A stretch of DNA of 4,273 nt from Qubevirus faecium, in the sequence record FJ539135.1; one strand, written 5' to 3'. Below the pieces are notes generated by a model that searched no databases, was not told the DNA's origin, and was given only the letters and a program-made list of their open reading frames with translations. The translations under genes were made by a program, and so were the position numbers. Below, in pieces: positions 1 to 4,273 of the stretch. Every line of letters starts with the position of its first letter. Positions within the stretch are counted from its first letter, which is position 1.

Positions 1-28
1 GGGGTAGGCCCCGTAAGGGGCCTGCCTT
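1..28 (+). promoter_or_regulatory. 5'-terminal stem-loop of the genomic RNA (likely replication cis-element); genome begins GGGG
   Basis: Seen in sequence: a6-c12 (AGGCCCC) pairs with g17-t23 (GGGGCCU), closed by a GUAA (GNRA-type) tetraloop at 13-16. Extends by U5-G24 wobble, g4-c25, g3-c26 and possibly G-U pairs to nt 1-2/27-28. Levivirus plus strands characteristically start with a G-run folded in a stable hairpin. Confidence 0.6.
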
Positions 29-40
29 CACCGCACTACA

Positions 41-46
41 GAGGAG
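41..46 (+). promoter_or_regulatory. Shine-Dalgarno sequence for the maturation gene
   Basis: GAGGAG at 41-46, 5 nt upstream of the ATG at 52. Confidence 0.7.
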
Positions 47-51
47 AATCT

Positions 52-1404
52 ATGCCAACCCTTCCGAGAGGTCTTCGCTTCGGATCGAATGGCGAGGTCT
101 TAAACGACTTCGAGGCGCTCTGGTTTCCAGAGCGCCATACCGTAGATCTAAGCAATGGGACCTGCAAGCTCACTGGTTATATCACTAACCTGCCGGACTA
201 CAGCAACACATTCCCGAATAAGGGGGTCACTGTTGCTCGTACGCCGTACAGAAGTACTGTGCCTGTTAACCATCTCGGTTACCGGCCAGTTACAACTGTT
301 GAGTACATTCCCGACGGCACTTACGTGCGCCTTGATGGGCACGTGAAGTTCGAAGGGGGCTTGGTTAATGGGTCAGTTGATCTCACGAATTTCGTGATCT
401 CATTAGCTGCTCAGGGTGGCTTCGATTACCAGTCGGTAATCGGACCTAGGTTCTCTGCGCACTTCTCCGCGTTCAGCACCAAATATGGTGTCTTGCTCGG
501 AGAAGGGAGAGAAACTCTTAAGTATCTTCTCCTGCTGCTTCGCAGAATGCGTGAAGGGTACCGCGCCGTAAGGCGTGGCGATTTCAAGCGTCTCAGGAAT
601 GTGATCTCTACGTTCGAGCCGATCTCCCCGAGAGGGAAGATGGCAAGATCAGAGTTCTCACAGACCTATCGCGACAAACTTACCGGTAACAAGGTTAAAG
701 TTAAACCAAGTGAAGGTAAGTGGAATAGCAGTAGTGCGAGTGACCTGTGGCTAGAGTTCCGTTATGGACTGATGCCTTTGTTTTATGACATTCAGTCCGT
801 CATGGAAGACTTCATGCGTGTCCATAAGAAGATCGCAAAGATACAGCGATTCTCTGCCGGACACGGTAAGCTGGAGACGGTTAGTTCGCGGTTTTACCCG
901 GACGTCCACTTCGCTCTTGAGGTCACCGCAGTGTTACAGCGGCGTCATCGTTGGGGTGTCGTATACCAGGATACTGGTTCTTATGCCACTTTCAATAATG
1001 GTCGTCTAGTCCCGGTGAAGGACTGGAAGACAGCGGCGTTTGCACTCCTTAATCCCGCTGAAGTTGCGTGGGAGATCACTCCCTACAGCTTCGTTGTGGA
1101 TTGGTTTGTAAATGTTGGTGATATGCTTGAGCAGATGGGCCAGCTTTATCGGCACGTCGATGTCGTTGACGGTTTTGACCGGAAGGACATAAGGCTTAAG
1201 TCCATATCCGTACGCGTCTTGACTAGTGACAGTGCACACGTAGCTAGTTTTACTCTACGTCAAGCACGTTTGTTGCATAGTTATTATTCGCGCGTGCATA
1301 CCGTTGCGTTTCCGCAAATTTCACCACAACTCGATACTGAGATACGTAGCGTTAAGCACGTGATCGATAGTATCGCATTATTAACCCAGCGCGTTAAGCG
1401 CTGA
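52..1404 (+). CDS. A2: Maturation (A2) protein, 450 aa; likely also the lysis protein as in Qbeta
   Basis: ORF 52..1404 with ATG start and TGA stop at 1402-1404. N-terminus MPTLPRGLRFG...LNDF..LWFP and internal blocks (LWLEFRYGLMPLFYDI, EVAWEITPYSFVVDWFVNVGD, IVDGFDRKDIRLKS, LLTQRVKR at the C-terminus) match my recollection of Qbeta A2. First gene after the 5' UTR, as in leviviruses. Confidence 0.9.
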   Translation: MPTLPRGLRFGSNGEVLNDFEALWFPERHTVDLSNGTCKLTGYITNLPDYSNTFPNKGVTVARTPYRSTVPVNHLGYRPVTTVEYIPDGTYVRLDGHVKFEGGLVNGSVDLTNFVISLAAQGGFDYQSVIGPRFSAHFSAFSTKYGVLLGEGRETLKYLLLLLRRMREGYRAVRRGDFKRLRNVISTFEPISPRGKMARSEFSQTYRDKLTGNKVKVKPSEGKWNSSSASDLWLEFRYGLMPLFYDIQSVMEDFMRVHKKIAKIQRFSAGHGKLETVSSRFYPDVHFALEVTAVLQRRHRWGVVYQDTGSYATFNNGRLVPVKDWKTAAFALLNPAEVAWEITPYSFVVDWFVNVGDMLEQMGQLYRHVDVVDGFDRKDIRLKSISVRVLTSDSAHVASFTLRQARLLHSYYSRVHTVAFPQISPQLDTEIRSVKHVIDSIALLTQRVKR

Positions 1405-1423
1405 ACTTTGGGTCAATTTGATC

Positions 1424-1822
1424 ATGGCAAAATTAAATCAGGTAACTCTTTCCAAACTTGGAAAGAACGGGGATCAGACTTTAACTCTTACACCGCGCGG
1501 GGTAAACCCGACGAACGGCGTGGCGTCGCTGTCTGAAGCTGGAGCTGTTCCGGCTTTGGAAAAGCGCGTGACTGTGTCAGTCGCGCAGCCCTCCCGTAAC
1601 CGTAAGAACTTTAAAGTTCAGATTAAACTCCAAAACCCGACTGCATGCACGAAGGACGCATGTGACCCATCTGTGACGCGATCTGCTTTCGCAGATGTAA
1701 CGCTGTCGTTCACGTCATATTCTACTGACGCAGAACGTGCGCTAATTCGCACTGAGTTAGCGGCTCTGTTGCAGGATCCCTTGATTGTCGATGCGATTGA
1801 CAACCTGAATCCTGCCTACTGA
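1424..1822 (+). CDS. cp: Major coat protein, 132 aa including initiator Met
   Basis: ATG at 1424 gives MAKLNQVTLSKLGKNG...RGVNPTNGVASLS.AGAVPALEKRVTVS..QPSRNRKN.KVQ.K.QNPTAC...CDPSVTR...LNPAY, near-collinear with Qbeta coat as I recall it. Stop is TGA at 1820-1822. The ORF track's start at 1418 is a TTG two codons upstream; ATG 1424 is preferred by homology. Confidence 0.93.
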   Translation: MAKLNQVTLSKLGKNGDQTLTLTPRGVNPTNGVASLSEAGAVPALEKRVTVSVAQPSRNRKNFKVQIKLQNPTACTKDACDPSVTRSAFADVTLSFTSYSTDAERALIRTELAALLQDPLIVDAIDNLNPAY

Positions 1823-2419
1823 GCGGCGTTACTGGTAGCCTCGTCCGGCGGTGGGGATAACCCCTCAAAGCCAGACGTTCCGGATCTTCCAGACGTCAAA
1901 CCGCCCGACGGAACGGGGCGCTATACGTGCCCCTTCGCTTGTTACCGCCTCGGTAGTATTTACGAGGTGGGTAAGGACGGTTCTCCTGACATTTACGAAA
2001 GGGGAGACGAAGTCTCGGTTACTTTCGATTACGCTCTCGAGGATTTCCTTGGGAACACGAATTGGCGTAACTGGGATCAGCGATTGTCATCATATGACTT
2101 AGCTAATCGTCGTCGTTGCCGTGGCAACGGGTACATTGACTTAAACGCTACCGCGATGCAGTCAGACGAATGTGTTCTGTCTGGCCGCTACCCGGTACGT
2201 AAGGTCAAGTTTCCCGGCGCATTTGGCTCCATCAAGTATCTCTTGAACATTCAAGGTGATGCCTGGTTGGACTTATCCGAGGTGACAGCATACCGCTCCT
2301 ACGGAATGGTTATTGGTTTCTGGACAGACTCTAAAAGTCCGCAGCTACCAACCGATTTCACGCAGTTTAACAGTGCTAACTGCCCTGTACAGACGGTGAT
2401 AATCATACCCTCACTTTAA
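1424..2419 (+). CDS. A1: A1 read-through protein (coat plus C-terminal extension), about 331 aa, made by suppression of the coat UGA
   Basis: I read the frame codon by codon from 1823 to 1966: no stop. The tracked ORF 1967..2419 (GTG start) is in the same frame as coat (both start positions are 2 mod 3), so the frame is open from the UGA at 1820-1822 to TAA at 2417-2419. Extension (..SKPD.P..P....PP.GTG.YTCPF...GNGYIDL..PGAFG..VIGFW..) resembles the Qbeta A1 extension as recalled. Confidence 0.85.
1820..1822 (+). promoter_or_regulatory. Leaky UGA stop codon of coat (programmed read-through site)
   Basis: UGA at 1820-1822, followed by G and 198 in-frame sense codons. In Qbeta the coat UGA is read through at a few percent, by tRNA-Trp, to give A1 (established knowledge). 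Confidence 0.8.
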
Positions 2420-2428
2420 GCAACTTAA

Positions 2429-2433
2429 AGGAG
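2429..2433 (+). promoter_or_regulatory. Shine-Dalgarno sequence for the replicase gene
   Basis: AGGAG at 2429-2433, 5 nt upstream of the ATG at 2439. Confidence 0.75.
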
Positions 2434-2434
2434 A

Positions 2435-2454
2435 TAGCATGTCAAAGACAGCTA
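2435..2454 (+). promoter_or_regulatory. Translational operator hairpin (coat-protein binding site) enclosing the replicase start codon
   Basis: UAGCAUGUCAAAGACAGCUA folds as an 8-bp stem (2435-2438 with 2451-2454; 2440-2443 with 2447-2450), a single bulged A at 2439 and a 3-nt AAA loop at 2444-2446. This is the same architecture as the Qbeta operator (8-bp stem, bulged A, 3-nt loop). The AUG at 2439-2441 lies in the 5' arm. Confidence 0.8.
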
Positions 2455-4169
2455 GTCGCAGAAGAGAAATTACTCAGCTATTGGGTAAGGTCGACATCAA
2501 CTTCGAAGACGACATCCATATGTCTATTGCCAATGACCTCTGTGAGGCCTACGGCATCCCGATGCTTCGTGACGCTGAGGAGTGCATTAACACCGCATTC
2601 CCAAGCCTTGATCAGAGCGCAGACACGTTTCGTGTCGAGTACTTACGCGCCGAGATCCTATCGAAGTTTGACGGGCATCCTCTTGGTATTAATACCGAAG
2701 AAGCAGCATGGGAGAAATTCCTGGCTGCCGAGGAGGGTTGTAGACGTACGAACGAACGACTGTCACAAGCTAAGTACCATGATAATTCTATTTTATCGTG
2801 GGGTGAGCGCGTAATTCATACCGCTCGCCGAAAAATACTTAAGCTAATTGGCGAGTCCGTGCCGTTCGGGGATGTGGCGTTGCGTTGCCGTTTTTCCGGC
2901 GGTGCAACGACCTCGGTGAACCGTTTACACGGCCATCCGTCGTGGAAGCATGCCTGTCCGCAGGATGTTACCAAACGCGCACTCAAGTATCTGCAAGCCT
3001 TTAAACGGGCATGCGGTGACGTTGTAGATTTACGCGTCAACGAGGTGCGCACTTCAAATAAAGCAGTCACTGTTCCGAAGAATAGTAAGACTGATCGCTG
3101 TATCGCTATCGAACCCGGGTGGAATATGTTTTTTCAACTCGGTGTAGGTGCGGTGCTACGCGATAGGTTGCGCTTATGGAAGATTGATCTTAATGACCAA
3201 TCGACCAATCAGCGTCTCGCGCGGGATGGGTCTCTGCTAAATCATTTAGCTACCATAGACTTATCCGCAGCCAGTGATTCGATAAGCTTAAAGCTAGTTG
3301 AATTGCTGCTCCCTCCTGAATGGTACGACCTTTTAACGGATCTCCGATCCGATCAAGGCGTTTTACCTGATGGACGAGTTGTGACCTATGAGAAAATATC
3401 CTCCATGGGAAATGGCTACACTTTCGAGCTTGAGTCGCTTATTTTCGCGGCGCTCGCAAGAAGTGTGTGCGAGTTACTAGAAATCGACCAATCTACTGTT
3501 AGCGTGTACGGGGATGATATAATCATCGACACTCGTGCCGCAGCTCCATTAATGGATGTCTTCGAATACGTTGGGTTTACGCCTAACAAGAAGAAAACGT
3601 TCTGCGATGGACCCTTCCGCGAATCGTGCGGTAAGCACTGGTTCCAAGGGGTAGATGTAACGCCCTTTTACATACGCCGACCAATTCGTTGCCTTGCTGA
3701 TATGATACTCGTTTTGAATAGTATCTACAGATGGGGCACTGTTGATGGCGTGTGGGATCCTAGAGCACTGACCGTATACGAAAAGTATCTCAAATTGCTG
3801 CCAAGAAATTGGCGACGCAACCGGATACCGGACGGCTACGGAGACGGAGCTCTCGTCGGATTGGCTACGACGAACCCGTTCGTTATAGTTAAGAATTATT
3901 CAAGACTATACCCGGTATTAGTTGAAGTCCAGAGGGACGTCAAGCGCAGCGAGGTAGGTAGTTATCTGTACTCCCTACTCCGCAATCGCGAGACACGTTA
4001 CAGTCCTTTCCTGCGTGACGCAGATAGGACTGGTTTTGATGAAGCGCCGCTAGCTACTAGCCTTCGTCGCAAGACAGGTCGGTACAAAGTAGCGTGGATT
4101 CAGGACAGTGCCTTCATCCGGCCCCCGTATTTCATTACGGGCATTCCCGAGGTGAAGCTTGCAAGCTAG
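2439..4169 (+). CDS. rep: RNA-dependent RNA polymerase (replicase beta subunit), 576 aa
   Basis: ORF 2439..4169, stop TAG at 4167-4169. N-terminus MSKTAS as in Qbeta replicase. Conserved blocks include CRFSGGATT, NKAVTVPKNSKTDRCIAIEPGWNMFFQLG, LATIDLSAASDSISL, VTYEKISSMGNGYTFELESLIFA, the catalytic YGDDII at 3507-3524 (GDD at 3510-3518), FRESCGKH, VDVTPFYIR and IPDGYGDGALVG. Confidence 0.95.
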   Translation: MSKTASRRREITQLLGKVDINFEDDIHMSIANDLCEAYGIPMLRDAEECINTAFPSLDQSADTFRVEYLRAEILSKFDGHPLGINTEEAAWEKFLAAEEGCRRTNERLSQAKYHDNSILSWGERVIHTARRKILKLIGESVPFGDVALRCRFSGGATTSVNRLHGHPSWKHACPQDVTKRALKYLQAFKRACGDVVDLRVNEVRTSNKAVTVPKNSKTDRCIAIEPGWNMFFQLGVGAVLRDRLRLWKIDLNDQSTNQRLARDGSLLNHLATIDLSAASDSISLKLVELLLPPEWYDLLTDLRSDQGVLPDGRVVTYEKISSMGNGYTFELESLIFAALARSVCELLEIDQSTVSVYGDDIIIDTRAAAPLMDVFEYVGFTPNKKKTFCDGPFRESCGKHWFQGVDVTPFYIRRPIRCLADMILVLNSIYRWGTVDGVWDPRALTVYEKYLKLLPRNWRRNRIPDGYGDGALVGLATTNPFVIVKNYSRLYPVLVEVQRDVKRSEVGSYLYSLLRNRETRYSPFLRDADRTGFDEAPLATSLRRKTGRYKVAWIQDSAFIRPPYFITGIPEVKLAS

Positions 4170-4189
4170 ACACTAGCTTGTGATGGGAA

Positions 4190-4208
4190 GGGCGGTCTTT
4201 GACCGCCC
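4190..4208 (+). other. 3'-UTR stem-loop 1 (8-bp GC-rich stem, UUU loop)
   Basis: GGGCGGUC (4190-4197) pairs with GACCGCCC (4201-4208) around loop UUU at 4198-4200. Located 21 nt after the replicase stop. Confidence 0.6.
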
Positions 4209-4228
4209 GAGAGGAGAAAGAAAGAAAA
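4209..4228 (+). other. 20-nt uninterrupted polypurine, A-rich linker in the 3' UTR (candidate host-factor binding site)
   Basis: GAGAGGAGAAAGAAAGAAAA is purine-only and sits between the two 3' hairpins. Confidence 0.5.
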
Positions 4229-4239
4229 CTCCCCTCAGT

Positions 4240-4267
4240 GAGGGTGGGCTCTGCTTTGCCCACTCTC
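4240..4267 (+). other. 3'-terminal stem-loop 2 (about 10 bp, 8-nt loop), followed by a single-stranded CUCCCA tail
   Basis: 4240-4249 (GAGGGUGGGC) pairs with 4258-4267 (GCCCACUCUC) with one G-U wobble; loop at 4250-4257. The genome ends ...CUCCUCCCA-3', the characteristic levivirus CCCA terminus. Confidence 0.6.
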
Positions 4268-4273
4268 CTCCCA

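Noticed and set aside
785-1009. 74-aa alternative-frame ORF inside A2 with a hydrophobic C-terminus (GVIVGVSYTRILVLMPLSIMVV)
   Set aside because: No SD is evident upstream and it lies fully within a conserved coding region. It is most likely a chance ORF, though embedded lysis genes do occur in other ssRNA phages, so it is cheap to test.
1418-1423. The ORF track starts the coat ORF at a TTG at 1418 (MIMAKL...)
   Set aside because: ATG at 1424 gives the N-terminus MAKL... that matches Qbeta coat. The TTG is only two codons upstream and has no better ribosome-binding context.
155-2102. Short + strand overlapping ORFs (155..346, 1851..2102)
   Set aside because: They are out of frame within A2 and the A1 extension, with no start context or recognisable similarity. 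Expected by chance.
1967-2419. 150-aa ORF that might look like an independent gene between coat and replicase
   Set aside because: It begins at a GTG in the same frame as coat, with no stop between the coat UGA (1820-1822) and 1967. It is the C-terminal part of the A1 read-through protein.
2527-2814. 95-aa +1-frame ORF inside the replicase gene as a possible MS2-like lysis gene
   Set aside because: Its position does not match the MS2 lysis gene (which straddles the coat-replicase junction). It has only a roughly 9-residue hydrophobic patch and no ribosome-binding site that I can see. Alloleviviruses lyse via A2. Not excluded experimentally.
148-3070. Minus-strand ORFs (148..342, 1006..1239, 1618..1803, 2816..3070)
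   Set aside because: In a positive-sense ssRNA phage the minus strand is a replication intermediate and is not translated. All are short and fully antisense to conserved genes.
4190-4267. 3' hairpins as Rho-independent transcription terminators
   Set aside because: Neither stem is followed by a U-run, and the molecule is an RNA genome replicated by an RdRp, not a DNA transcription unit. They are better read as 3'-UTR replication and stability structures.
1-4273. CRISPR arrays, tRNA/rRNA genes, IS elements or integrase/att sites
   Set aside because: No direct-repeat/spacer periodicity, no tRNA-like cloverleaf candidates, no inverted terminal repeats and no recombinase-like ORFs. The four phage genes fill the whole window.

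Overview
The window reads as a complete cDNA copy of a positive-sense ssRNA coliphage genome of the Qbeta-like (allolevivirus / Qubevirus) type, not a piece of a bacterial chromosome. It runs 5'-GGGG to CCCA-3' and carries the canonical gene order on the + strand: maturation protein A2 (52..1404), coat protein (1424..1822), the A1 read-through extension of coat through a leaky UGA (to 2419), and the replicase beta subunit (2439..4169, YGDD motif). Cis-elements visible by eye include a 5'-terminal hairpin, a coat-protein operator hairpin enclosing the replicase start codon, and two 3'-UTR hairpins separated by a 20-nt polypurine tract. There is no MS2-type lysis gene, consistent with A2 doing lysis as in Qbeta. 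Protein lengths (A2 450 aa, coat 132 aa, replicase 576 aa) differ from Qbeta as I recall it (420/133/589) and look more like group IV phages (SP/FI-like). I do not see a previously undescribed system here; this is a known kind of genome whose exact isolate identity needs a database search. All homology statements rest on my recollection of Qbeta protein sequences, not on a search.
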